A stretch of 64,000 bases of DNA from Candidatus Bathyarchaeia archaeon (GTDB lineage: Archaea; Thermoproteota; Bathyarchaeia; 40CM-2-53-6). Made by a program: the position numbers and the translations under genes. The notes below the pieces were generated by a model. That model made no database searches and was not told where the DNA came from. It worked only from the letters and a program-made list of their open reading frames with translations. The DNA lies in contig JBEKFP010000002.1 of assembly GCA_050013255.1 (NCBI GenBank), positions 705,185 through 769,184 on the forward strand, written 5' to 3'. Every line of letters starts with the position of its first letter. The stretch's first letter is position 1. Below, piece after piece: positions 20,736 to 30,072 of the stretch.

Positions 20736-20952
20736 GAAAACACACCTTGCTAGCTGGGGAAACGCGTCAGACCTAAGTAACTTTTCCGGACCTCGTTCAC
20801 TCCGACGAAACTGCCAGGATGGGATAGGATCGAGCGAGCATTGTTTCGGTTCCTAGATGAATACGGTTGCCCTGACGTCCTCCTTTGCTTGCAATCTGAA
20901 CAGCTGGCTTAACTTATGCGCAGGGGAAAGAGCCGCGAGTCACATTCATTCG

Positions 20953-21690
20953 TTAGAGTGCTGAGAGAGTGATATAGACTCCAACCGTAAGTAGAACGAG
21001 GCCGATCGTCCGCTTCACATTCACTTGGCTTAGCCGCTTGGACCCGAAGTGGCTCCCAAGTTGAGCTGCTACAATCAAAACGGGGATGCTCAAACCGAAG
21101 ACTGGAGTGGTCATAATCATACCGCTTAAACGAGGGATTCTAGCCACTATCCCCGAAACTGAGTTTAGTAGAATGAACACCGTTGTGGTCGCGGCTGTTG
21201 TCTTAGGCTTGGCAATTCCAGCCAGAATCAATACCGGAGCCAGATAGACGCCACCCCCGATTCCGGTGAACCCGGCAACACCCCCGATGACGAGGCCAAT
21301 CAAGACTTTGAATGGCCAACTAAGACGTACATGACCCAAAGGGAATGTGATAATGACTAGACTCACACCGCCGACAGAAATGGCCACACCCATGAATATT
21401 TTCAGTAGGTTATCAGGCAAAATGAATAAGCCTGCGTAGAAAGCGGCTGGAACCGAACCGACAATGAACCACACGAACCCCTTTGAGAAATGCGTTCGCC
21501 ATCGAAATATGGAACTAGAGGCGGATACTACGTTGAATAGCAGGCCGCCTACCACAGCTTGACCGGCAGACAAACCTACCAGAAGTAGAAGCGCGGTAAA
21601 CGTTGAACCGCCAGCAAATCCCGCCATCGTGTAAAAGAAACTGGCCAACCCAAGCAAAAGCACGGTGACTACGGTACTGAGAACATCCAT
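20953..21690 (-). CDS. TSUP (TauE/SafE) family transporter
   Basis: G.AGG and GFTGIGGG.YLAP repeats; about 8 TMs. Confidence 0.85.
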   Translation of the reverse strand: MDVLSTVVTVLLLGLASFFYTMAGFAGGSTFTALLLLVGLSAGQAVVGGLLFNVVSASSSIFRWRTHFSKGFVWFIVGSVPAAFYAGLFILPDNLLKIFMGVAISVGGVSLVIITFPLGHVRLSWPFKVLIGLVIGGVAGFTGIGGGVYLAPVLILAGIAKPKTTAATTTVFILLNSVSGIVARIPRLSGMIMTTPVFGLSIPVLIVAAQLGSHFGSKRLSQVNVKRTIGLVLLTVGVYITLSAL

Positions 21691-21784
21691 GTGAGATCAA
21701 TTCACGATGGGTTTAATGAGACAACTGATTTTGCAATACCACTTACTGGACATAAAGGAAATCGCTGGTTGGAGTGTGCGGTCT

Positions 21785-22255
21785 TCATTTATCAGCAATT
21801 TTGGCCGAACTGATCTTCACTGCTTCGAGAGGCCGATCATGATTGTCTGTTCGAACTTTACCTATTCGTTGCATGACATCCATGCCCTCGGTGACTTTTC
21901 CGAAGATAGTGTGTTTTCCGTCGAGCCATGGTGTGGGGGCGAGTGTGATGAAGAATTGTGAGCCGCCGGTGTTTGGGCCAGCGTTTGCCATGGATAGAAT
22001 CCCTGGCGTGCTATGTTTCAAACTTGCAACAAACTCGTCTTTGATGGCATATCCCGGACCTCCGGTTCCATCTCCAATTGGACAACCACCTTGAATCATG
22101 AAGCCGGCAATTACACGGTGGAAAATCAAGCCATCATAGAAGCCACTTCCGCAAAGTTTCATAAAATTCTGAACAGTGATGGGCGCTTCGTTAGCGAACA
22201 ACTCTAACTTAATCACGCCCATGCTCGTGTCAAGGACCGCGGTGGGGTTTGTCAG
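21785..22255 (-). CDS. Cyclophilin-type peptidyl-prolyl cis-trans isomerase
   Basis: [41 protein letters not shown]; in-frame extension [11 protein letters not shown] upstream of the track's ATG suggests a CTG start at 22255. Confidence 0.95.
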   Translation of the reverse strand: MTNPTAVLDTSMGVIKLELFANEAPITVQNFMKLCGSGFYDGLIFHRVIAGFMIQGGCPIGDGTGGPGYAIKDEFVASLKHSTPGILSMANAGPNTGGSQFFITLAPTPWLDGKHTIFGKVTEGMDVMQRIGKVRTDNHDRPLEAVKISSAKIADK

Positions 22256-22405
22256 GTCAAATCACGCCTGCCCTCCCTGTGGATGCGATTGTGTATAAGG
22301 AGAAATGCCGTATTTTTACTTCTGTTCGTAAACCTTATGGAGATGCGTATAATAATAAAGTCCAAGTTCTGAGAGTAATGTGCTTATGAAAACCCCCATG
22401 AGCGA

Positions 22406-23170
22406 ATGAGAATGGTTTACAAAATCCAACGATATGGATGGGTTTCCGACACTCCTGACAAAAGAGACCTACTCTACACAGCCCTACCCGAAATTGTAGT
22501 CCTCCCCGTAAGCGCCGACCTGCGACTGCAGTGTCCAACAATTTACGACCAGGGACAACTTGGAAGCTGCACAGCCAACGCCATCACCGCAGCAGTGGAA
22601 TTCGACCTAATGAAGGAACAGAAACACATCTTCATGCCTTCACGATTATTCCTGTACTACAACGAGCGAGCTATCGAAGGAACCGTAAGCTCAGACTCCG
22701 GCGCCCAGATTCGAGATGGCATCAAAAGCGTCTCCCACCAAGGCGACTGCCCAGAAACCCTTTGGCCCTATGACATATCAAAATTCTCAGCTAAGCCACC
22801 GCCGCAATGCTACACGCAAGCTAGAAAGTATCAGGCGGTACAATACCAGAGACTAACACAAACCTCAGATTTGCTAAAGGGGTGTTTAGCTTCAGGTTAC
22901 CCCTTTGTGTTCGGTTTCAAAGTGTATGAGAGCTTCGAAAGCCAGCTAGTGGCCCAGACTGGCCACGCTTCCTTGCCCGCATCAGGTGATCAGCTGATTG
23001 GAGGCCACGCAGTGATGGCAGTTGGCTATGATGATTCCCAGCAGTGGTTCACCGTGAGAAACTCTTGGGGAGAAGGCTGGGGAATGAAAGGCTACTTCAC
23101 GCTACCCTACCAGTACCTGTTAGACCGCAACCAATCCAGCGACTTCTGGACAATCCGAGTAGTAACCTAA
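22406..23170 (+). CDS. C1A (papain-like) cysteine protease
   Basis: DQGQLGSCTA (catalytic Cys), GGHAV (His), RNSWG (Asn). Confidence 0.93.
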   Translation: MRMVYKIQRYGWVSDTPDKRDLLYTALPEIVVLPVSADLRLQCPTIYDQGQLGSCTANAITAAVEFDLMKEQKHIFMPSRLFLYYNERAIEGTVSSDSGAQIRDGIKSVSHQGDCPETLWPYDISKFSAKPPPQCYTQARKYQAVQYQRLTQTSDLLKGCLASGYPFVFGFKVYESFESQLVAQTGHASLPASGDQLIGGHAVMAVGYDDSQQWFTVRNSWGEGWGMKGYFTLPYQYLLDRNQSSDFWTIRVVT

Positions 23171-23446
23171 CCGGCACATTCGTTAAGCATGGTGAAGGCA
23201 GGTTGCGCAAAAAATCTCGAATCGGACGCTAACGAGGGGACGAGTCCAGTTGCCGAATACTGATCTTCTCCCTGTTCTCGGGGAGAATTTTCCATTGATG
23301 TGCAGTATGCGTAGGGCGTTTTCGTACCTGCGCTCGATGATTTGGATGTCGTCACTTTCGATTCCGGTCTCGGTCATGGTTCAGGTTCCTTAAGGCGCTT
23401 TAAAGCGGGCGGACCTGGTTTTCGTAATTGCTCCGGACTGAGAATT

Positions 23447-23563
23447 TGGAGCCTCGGGCGGGGTTCGAACCCGCGACCTGCCGCTTTCTTGAGGCCAGGT
23501 TTACAAGGCGGCTGCTCCCCAGTGCCCGAAATATGGGCATCTACCAGGCTGAGCCACCGAGGC
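23447..23563 (-). tRNA. tRNA-Thr(TGT) with two introns (about 24 nt in the D-arm; 16 nt at 37/38)
   Basis: Reverse complement: GCCTCGG...GCCGC-CT TGT A[intron]A-GCGGC...GCGGG-TTCGAAC-CCCGC-CCGAGGC-T-CCA; U73 discriminator fits archaeal Thr. Confidence 0.92.
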
Positions 23564-23614
23564 GCCGGCCGACTATCGTCGAACGTGCTTAAAATTCTCG
23601 CGAAGAATAACTTG

Positions 23615-24850
23615 TTACTTGTTGTGGCGCTTGGCTGCGTCCACTAGCGCCTCGATGGCGGGGAGCTCTTCTCCGGCCAATAGAGAGAGCATTGCTCCCC
23701 CAGCTGTACTGACATGCGATAGCTTATCCGAAATGCCGAGTATACCCGCGTAACCTGAAAGATGCCCCCCGCCTATCACGGTGAAGGCATCAGAGTTGCC
23801 CATTGATTCTAGCACGGCCTTGGTTCCAGTTTCAAAGCCGTCTTCCTCGAAGACGCCCATCGGCCCGGCGGCCACTACAGTTCGTGATTTACTAATTATT
23901 TCTGAGAATCTTTCAGCCGTTTTCGTCCCTATATCAAGTGCTCTCCCGGCGCGTCGCAACCTCGTGACTGGTGTGTTAGCACGTTTACCGTCAATGATGG
24001 TTCCGAAATCGCTAGGGAGAACGATGCGTTTTCGAAATTTCGAAATAATTCGGTTCGCTTTCAAAACCTCATCAGTAACATTTCCCAATTCCTCTTCGTC
24101 GAACTGGCCAAACTTCCGATCAACAGCCTTTAGGAATACCTTCGCAACGTTTCCTCCCACAAGAACATGATCAGCTTTTCCGCTCGAAAGGATGTTCTCG
24201 ATGACGGGTACTTTGTCCTCAACTTTTGCCCCACCAAGAATGTAGGTGCTGGGCCGGTCAGGCTCAACGAGTAACCGCTTGAGCGCCACAAGCTCTTTCT
24301 CCATCAGTTTCCCGGCAGCGGAAGGAAGTAGGAATGGGAAGCCTACGAGTGATGCCTGCGACCTGTGAGCGGCTGCGAAAGCGTCATTCACGTATAAATC
24401 AAAGAGAGGGGCCAACCTCGATACGAGGTTTGTTCTAGCAAGCTTCTCGCCACTAGCTTCCAAGATTTCCTCGGCGCAGAACCGAACATTATCTAACACC
24501 AAAACCTCTCCGCTTCTAACCTCTCTTATTGCCTGGCGGGCGGCAGGCCCCATAACATCCTCAACGAACCGAACTGATTGCGAACAGTTCTTTTGCAGGA
24601 GTTTCGCGTGTTGCTGAAGTGACGTGAAATCATCCCTCCCCGGGCGGCTTTGGTGTGAAAGAACTGTCACCTTGGCCGCTGCTAACGCGTCAAGTGTGGG
24701 CGTGGCGGCTATGATCCGGCCTTCGTCTAGGATATTCTTGGTGTTGGGATCTAAAGGCACGTTGATGTCTAACCTTAACAGTACGTGCTTGTCTCGCAGC
24801 TCGAAGTCGTCGAGGGTTAGGTAGTCGAACTCCATGCGCGCTGCGTCCAA
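23615..24850 (-). CDS. pgk: Phosphoglycerate kinase
   Basis: RLDINVP, SHQSRPG, DNVRF, VNDAFAAAHR, LGGAKV.DK, HVSTAGGA. Confidence 0.97.
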   Translation of the reverse strand: MDAARMEFDYLTLDDFELRDKHVLLRLDINVPLDPNTKNILDEGRIIAATPTLDALAAAKVTVLSHQSRPGRDDFTSLQQHAKLLQKNCSQSVRFVEDVMGPAARQAIREVRSGEVLVLDNVRFCAEEILEASGEKLARTNLVSRLAPLFDLYVNDAFAAAHRSQASLVGFPFLLPSAAGKLMEKELVALKRLLVEPDRPSTYILGGAKVEDKVPVIENILSSGKADHVLVGGNVAKVFLKAVDRKFGQFDEEELGNVTDEVLKANRIISKFRKRIVLPSDFGTIIDGKRANTPVTRLRRAGRALDIGTKTAERFSEIISKSRTVVAAGPMGVFEEDGFETGTKAVLESMGNSDAFTVIGGGHLSGYAGILGISDKLSHVSTAGGAMLSLLAGEELPAIEALVDAAKRHNK

Positions 24851-24952
24851 CCTACGAACTCAAACAGGTTGCCTATTCATTTAACGTCTTGTAAGGCGCG
24901 GAAGATATGGATAGAGAACGTTTTTACATCAATCGATTGGTTTCTGCTCTGG

Positions 24953-25063
24953 GCCGGGGTGGCTCAGACTGGTAGAGCGCCAGCCAGGCTAAAGGGACGA
25001 AACTCATAATCTGGAAAGCATTGGGCCCAGAAGCCGCGGGTTCGAATCCCGCTCCCGGCACCA
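24953..25063 (+). tRNA. tRNA-Met(CAT), probably elongator, with two non-canonical introns (about 18 nt at 30/31; 16 nt at 45/46)
   Basis: GCCGGGG/TCCCGGC-A-CCA; reconstituted CCAGA-CT CAT AA-TCTGG; BHB CTGG-AAA-GC..GC-CCAG-AAG. Confidence 0.88.
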
Positions 25064-25300
25064 CTCACACTGGTTCGCATAGTCAAACAGCACTCTTGGC
25101 ACCGTTTGGCACCACCCCTCAATGGGTGGATCCACCCGCTTGCCCACGGGCTCTGGAAGCAAGGATTCGACAGGCCTTCGATTTCTTACTAGGTTATGCC
25201 AAAACACTTGTTCGCTTCAAGTAGGAGACGACTTCTTCGGCCAATGGAATCCTAACAATATTGTCAATGCTGGCCTTTCAAACCCAATTGGGGGCAAAGG

Positions 25301-25993
25301 CTACTCCAATAGGTCAACTTTTCCATTCTGCCGGCCCACATAGACGGCATCAACCATGTTCAAGAATAGCCCAGTCTCGATTACACCTGGTACCGCCTTC
25401 AACCGCCGTTCGAGCCGCGCTGCATTTTCAATCCGTCCGAAGTCAGCATCTAGGATGAAATTTCCATTATCTGTTATCACTGGTCCAACCTTCCCCGCGC
25501 CTTCGCGTAACTTTGCTCTTCCCCCCATTTTGGTTACCCGAATCTGGACGGACCTATGCGCCATCGGCAAAACCTCTAATGGAACAGGTTGTCGGCCGCC
25601 TAAGTGTCTGGACAGTTTGGTTTCATCGACCACTATCGCCAGCCTACGCGCAGCAGAATCAACTATCTTCTCCCTCAGCAAGGCTGCCCCTCCACCTTTG
25701 ATTAAGTTGAGCGATGGCAACTGTACTTGGTCAGCTCCATCAATCGCATAATCAATTACGACTGCTTCGTTGAGGCTCCGGACACTAAGCCCGTGAGATA
25801 TGGCTAGGTTTTCAATTTGGTGGGACGTTGGGACAACCGATACCTGAAGTTTCCTCGCCTTACTGGCCCTGCCGAGTTCGACGACCGCATAGGCCATTGT
25901 GGAACCGCTCCCGACGCCGATTACCCAACCGTTCTTAATGGGCGACAGAGCTTTGAGGACGGCCCTGCTCTTAGCGCCCTCAACCCAAGACAA
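25301..25993 (-). CDS. rpiA: Ribose-5-phosphate isomerase A
   Basis: GVGSGST, DGADQV, IKGGGAALLREKIV, TDNGNFILD. Confidence 0.97.
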   Translation of the reverse strand: MSWVEGAKSRAVLKALSPIKNGWVIGVGSGSTMAYAVVELGRASKARKLQVSVVPTSHQIENLAISHGLSVRSLNEAVVIDYAIDGADQVQLPSLNLIKGGGAALLREKIVDSAARRLAIVVDETKLSRHLGGRQPVPLEVLPMAHRSVQIRVTKMGGRAKLREGAGKVGPVITDNGNFILDADFGRIENAARLERRLKAVPGVIETGLFLNMVDAVYVGRQNGKVDLLE

Positions 25994-25995
25994 GC

Positions 25996-26637
25996 CTATT
26001 CTTCCGTTTCAATCTGTTCGAGTCGATCCATGGCCTGAAGAATTTCCTCGCGGATTTTGTCAATTCGCTTTTCCGCGTCGGTGACCTGTTCATCTTCCTT
26101 CTGGTTTCCCTGCGGGTCTTGGCTTGGCTGCCCCTCTCGACTTTCTCCAGAAATCTTCTTCTCGGTTTGCCCCTGAGTTCGGCGTATTGGATTTTCCGAT
26201 CGTGAGGGGGAGCCGGATTTTAGGTCTTTGAGTTTTGCGTCTATCTCAGCAAGTCTGGCCTTGTAATTCTTGATGACATCTTCCCTCTCAACCTCCAAAT
26301 CATAGAGGTCCACCACATCCTGGTTTTCATTGATAGCCTTCTCAAGCCGCTTCAGGTCTACCTTATACTTCTCCAGCAGTTGATCCCTTTCGGCTTCGGT
26401 GATGATTCCTTTCGTCTGGGATTCGTAGATGGTGGTTACAGCGGACCCGAGTATCTGCCGTTCTAGCTTTAGCACTTTCAAAGTCTCTCTCGCACGGTTC
26501 ACGGCTTCGAGTGAAGTGGAGCGAGGTGTTTCCAAAGTCGATGCGGGCAGGTTTGGGAGGGGGATTATCCGTTCAGGTTCAAGGGTTTGGGAGTTCTTTT
26601 TCTTCCAAAATGCGATGAGCGTGACCAAACTGACCAA
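25996..26637 (-). CDS. Hypothetical coiled-coil protein
   Basis: Charged heptad-rich ORF, 2 nt upstream of rpiA, probably co-transcribed. Confidence 0.65.
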   Translation of the reverse strand: MVSLVTLIAFWKKKNSQTLEPERIIPLPNLPASTLETPRSTSLEAVNRARETLKVLKLERQILGSAVTTIYESQTKGIITEAERDQLLEKYKVDLKRLEKAINENQDVVDLYDLEVEREDVIKNYKARLAEIDAKLKDLKSGSPSRSENPIRRTQGQTEKKISGESREGQPSQDPQGNQKEDEQVTDAEKRIDKIREEILQAMDRLEQIETEE

Positions 26638-26773
26638 GATCGGCCCCTGAATTATGCTGGTTATCTTTGGTTGAGCGTATTAATGCTTCGTGAATTGTCA
26701 GAGTCATTCTTAGCTTAACGAGATCGGTTTTTGACGGTTAAAACCTAGACTCTCGTCGGCAGTTTCGGAGTCA

Positions 26774-27328
26774 TTGGTTGAAAAATCATATCATGTCCTC
26801 GCGCTTCCTTTGCGCGAATATGAAGCCTTTTACCATCCCCTGCATCAAAGGCGGGCAACTACGGAGGACATAAAACGCATGCATCTTGAAGGATCATTCG
26901 AAACTCCAGCTCCTCAAAAGACCGTGTGGGATTTCCTCCTTAACCCCAAGGATATCGCACCATGCTTCCCCGACCTGCAATCCATGGAGGTACTCTCTCC
27001 GGATAACTTCAAGGCCAAGATCAGAGTGGGCTTATCTCTTGTAAAGGGAACCATGGATTTCGATTTTCGAACAACCGACAAGATCCCGCCCAGTTCGGCG
27101 AAACTCATCGGTACCGGTCGTGGGGTGGGTAGCACAATCGAAATCCAGACAGGATTCACCATTCAAGAAGCAGCGACTGGAAGTAAAGTTGGTTGGGTCG
27201 CCGACGTGAATGTTGGAGGCATTATGGCTGGGCTTGGGACAAAACTTCTAGATTCCACGTCCAGCAAGATGGTTGAACAGGTTATCGAGAACCTCAAGAC
27301 CAAGTTGAAGGAAAAGACGACCGTATAG
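26774..27328 (+). CDS. CoxG / SRPBCC family protein (paralog of 236..682)
   Basis: MHLEGSF...VWDFLLNPKDIAPCFPDLQS aligns with the 236 ORF; real start ATG about 26879. Confidence 0.8.
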   Translation: MVEKSYHVLALPLREYEAFYHPLHQRRATTEDIKRMHLEGSFETPAPQKTVWDFLLNPKDIAPCFPDLQSMEVLSPDNFKAKIRVGLSLVKGTMDFDFRTTDKIPPSSAKLIGTGRGVGSTIEIQTGFTIQEAATGSKVGWVADVNVGGIMAGLGTKLLDSTSSKMVEQVIENLKTKLKEKTTV

Positions 27329-27334
27329 GCTCTT

Positions 27335-28564
27335 TCAGCTGTACGCTTCGAAACCTTTCCCTAGAATCAATGAAGCAATCTTAAGCTCCATTATCTCGTC
27401 GGTTCCCTCGTAGATTCTTGCCACTCGGGCATCGCAGAAGTGTCTAGCAACCGGAGAGAGCAGGGAATAGCCGAAGCCGCCGAACACCTGAACGGCTAGG
27501 TCGGCGCTCTCGTACGCCAATCGGGACGCAATGCGCTTTGCGACAGCGGATTGGAGGTCAACCTTCTTTCTTAGCTCGAGGTCGTTGGGGTTCGTGTCTA
27601 GTTTGGCTTTCTCTGCAGCCGCGTAATAAGTCGGCCATCTTGCCATCTCTAAGTTCATAGCAATGTTTGCGAGGTGGCGTTGAATCAATTGGTGCTTGCC
27701 AATCGGTTTGCCATGCTGCACACGGGACTTGGCCCTTTCCGTTACCGAGTTCAGGCAGTCTCCTATGATACCGACGCATCCCGCCCCTATCCCAATCCTG
27801 CCGTTCAACAGTGCCGAGTACGCAACATGCAAACCCTTCCCAGGCTCTCCCAGCAGGTTCTCCTCAGGGACGTGCACATCAGAAAGTTCAAGCATCGCCG
27901 TATCCGATGTGAAGAGTCCGATCTTCTCCTCCAAGTGCATGGCAACAGAGAAACCCTCAGACTTCGAATCGACGACAAAAGCCGACATGCCCTGCTTCTT
28001 GCCCTTCGGATAGGCAAATATGATCAGCGCGTCAGCGACGGATCCGTTTGATATCAGGTACTTCGTACCGCTGAGAACATACTTGCCATCACGCTCCTCG
28101 TAACTCGTCTTTAGTGAGGTGGGGTCACTTCCGGCCTCGGGCTCCGTCAAGCCATAAGCTAGAATCTTCTCTCCTTTGGCTGCGGGGGTAAGGTATTCCG
28201 CTTTCAAATGTTCGTTGCCCCATTGTTGAATCGCTAACGAAGCTAGGAGGCAGTGGACATCGACGAAGGTAACCACGCTCAACCCAAGCTGCCCGAATCG
28301 TTCAAGTGCTAGTGCCCAGGTCAGCGAGTCTGCCCCAACTCCTCCATATTCGGGCGAAACTGTCAGGCCCATGAGATTGTATTTCTTCAAGATGGTATGG
28401 GTCTCAGGATTGTACTTGTGCGCTAGGTAGTGCTCGAACTCAGGAAGGTAGAGTTCCTTGCAGGCTTCGTCAACTCGTTCAAGAATCCCCCGCTGCTGAT
28501 CGCTTAACTCGCGCAGGCGACTGGCTAGCTGAATCGATTCCGAGAATGAACCTTCCAATCCCAA
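27335..28564 (-). CDS. Acyl-CoA dehydrogenase (paralog of 683..1852)
   Basis: AYGLTEPEAGSD, GTKYLISNG, QHGKPIGKHQLIQ, IYEGTDEI. Confidence 0.95.
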   Translation of the reverse strand: MGLEGSFSESIQLASRLRELSDQQRGILERVDEACKELYLPEFEHYLAHKYNPETHTILKKYNLMGLTVSPEYGGVGADSLTWALALERFGQLGLSVVTFVDVHCLLASLAIQQWGNEHLKAEYLTPAAKGEKILAYGLTEPEAGSDPTSLKTSYEERDGKYVLSGTKYLISNGSVADALIIFAYPKGKKQGMSAFVVDSKSEGFSVAMHLEEKIGLFTSDTAMLELSDVHVPEENLLGEPGKGLHVAYSALLNGRIGIGAGCVGIIGDCLNSVTERAKSRVQHGKPIGKHQLIQRHLANIAMNLEMARWPTYYAAAEKAKLDTNPNDLELRKKVDLQSAVAKRIASRLAYESADLAVQVFGGFGYSLLSPVARHFCDARVARIYEGTDEIMELKIASLILGKGFEAYS

Positions 28565-28674
28565 CCTTCCTTGGGGCTGTGAAATTCCATTTGCGCCTTT
28601 TCAAACCTCCGGCCCGTCACTTCCCGTCCCAGGCTGGTAAGCTTCTTACATATCCAGATACCATGATCTAGTGG

Positions 28675-29097
28675 TTGGTAGCAATGCGCTTCGTTTACTT
28701 TGGCATCCGTGTAAGGAACATGAATCGATCACTACGGTTCTACACGAGAGTTTTGGGCATGAAGGTAATCCATAAGGGAACGATGCTTCACGGAGGCGTC
28801 TTTGTCCACTTAAGGCACCCCGGTTCAGCACAGAGGCTAGAACTGAACTACTACCCCCCCAAGAACAGGTTCTACGAGAAATATCGTCCGGGAACGGAGA
28901 TGGACCATCTCGGGTTCTGGGTTGATGATGTTGACCGAACTTACGCTCAGCTGATTAGAAGGGGGGCTAGAAGAGCCGTAGCACCATTCTCGAATGGTGG
29001 AGAAAGACTCGCGTATGTGAAGGACTCTGACGGTATTTGGATTGAGTTCTTCGGAGCAGACAAACGGAAGAAAAAGTCTCGTCGCAATCCGAGATAA
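28675..29097 (+). CDS. VOC (glyoxalase/lactoylglutathione lyase) family protein
   Basis: GIRV.NM.RSLRFY..VLGM, LELNY, DHLGF.VDD, YVKDSDGIWIE. Confidence 0.88.
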   Translation: MVAMRFVYFGIRVRNMNRSLRFYTRVLGMKVIHKGTMLHGGVFVHLRHPGSAQRLELNYYPPKNRFYEKYRPGTEMDHLGFWVDDVDRTYAQLIRRGARRAVAPFSNGGERLAYVKDSDGIWIEFFGADKRKKKSRRNPR

Positions 29098-29165
29098 TCC
29101 AATTTCTTCCTATCGCTCGCTGAAGTCGCCATTTAATATATTGAGGCAATCGTAATTAATTCTTG

Positions 29166-29264
29166 GTGAGTTGTACGTCCCAAGGAACATATGTTTGTCC
29201 AGCCTGTAAGATGTTCTTCAAAACGAAGGAAGAACTCGAAACACACGCAAAAACCGCACACTAG
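29166..29264 (+). CDS. 32-aa C2H2 zinc-finger microprotein (not in ORF track)
   Basis: MSCTSQGTYVCPACKMFFKTKEELETHAKTAH*, a complete C2H2 consensus; TATA-like TTTAATAT upstream. Confidence 0.7.
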   Translation: MSCTSQGTYVCPACKMFFKTKEELETHAKTAH

Positions 29265-29407
29265 CCAAAGAATACCCAAGTCTTTCGCACATTGAATTCG
29301 CGAATTCGCGCTACTCATCCCCTCTTTTTCCAACTTGGCTAAGTGCGAGAAGGCGTGATGCCAGCCTAGGAAAGCCTACACACTGGCCAGTCTATTCTAG
29401 AATATGG

Positions 29408-29535
29408 TGGAGCCCCGGGCGGGACTTTCAGCGATAGCACGATCGCTTTTGAACCCGCGGCCTTCGCCTCTTTGTGAGTTCGTACCAAGGCGGCGCTGTT
29501 GGCGCTTTATTTCTACCAAGCTGAGCCACCGGGGC
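29408..29535 (-). tRNA. tRNA-Thr(GGT) with three introns (15 nt at 22/23, 13 nt at 37/38, 23 nt at 59/60)
   Basis: GCCCCGG/CCGGGGC-T-CCA; BHB TGGT-AGA...GCCA-ACA in the D-arm and TTCA-AAA-GCGAT...ATCGC-TGAA-AGT in the T-loop. Confidence 0.88.
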
Positions 29536-30072
29536 TTCGCGAACTGCCCCTATGCACAACTTCGCTAAATAGATGCTGAACTCAGAACAGGTTTCGAAAA
29601 AAATTAGAAATTCAGTCGACACATTTCATGAGAAGCTAGCTACAAGACTCTGAACGTTTCATAAGATGTTCAAGAATTCAGAATGAACGGTGATGGTACG
29701 CAATCATTGGGCGTTGACCAGGAACTCTTTGCGTCTAATTCCATATGTGAGCTTCTCAGAATCAAACGACTCTGACAACGCCCCACTTGCCCAAGATTCT
29801 AACCCTGCCCGCTTACATGATTCTTCATTGTTTCCTAGTGGTTTGCAATGATGGTGCCATTGGTGAAAAGCAAGTATTACTGGTCAGCTGGCTTACACCT
29901 CGAAGCCCCCCGTTGAAATGTTCTGAGCAATTGTCTATCTTTTGCGTCAAGAAATGGTATGATTAGGGTTTTATCATTCACCGATTTGACAATGCTTATC
30001 CAAACGCTTAAGTGCGTTTACGACGGCACGGTAGTTCCGAGTTAATTCAACTAAAGGAGGCTAATTAGGAAA

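Noticed and set aside
23342-23647. ORFs overlapping tRNA genes (also 25004-25224, 29428-29622, 58411-58759)
   Set aside because: Spurious frames across tRNA genes
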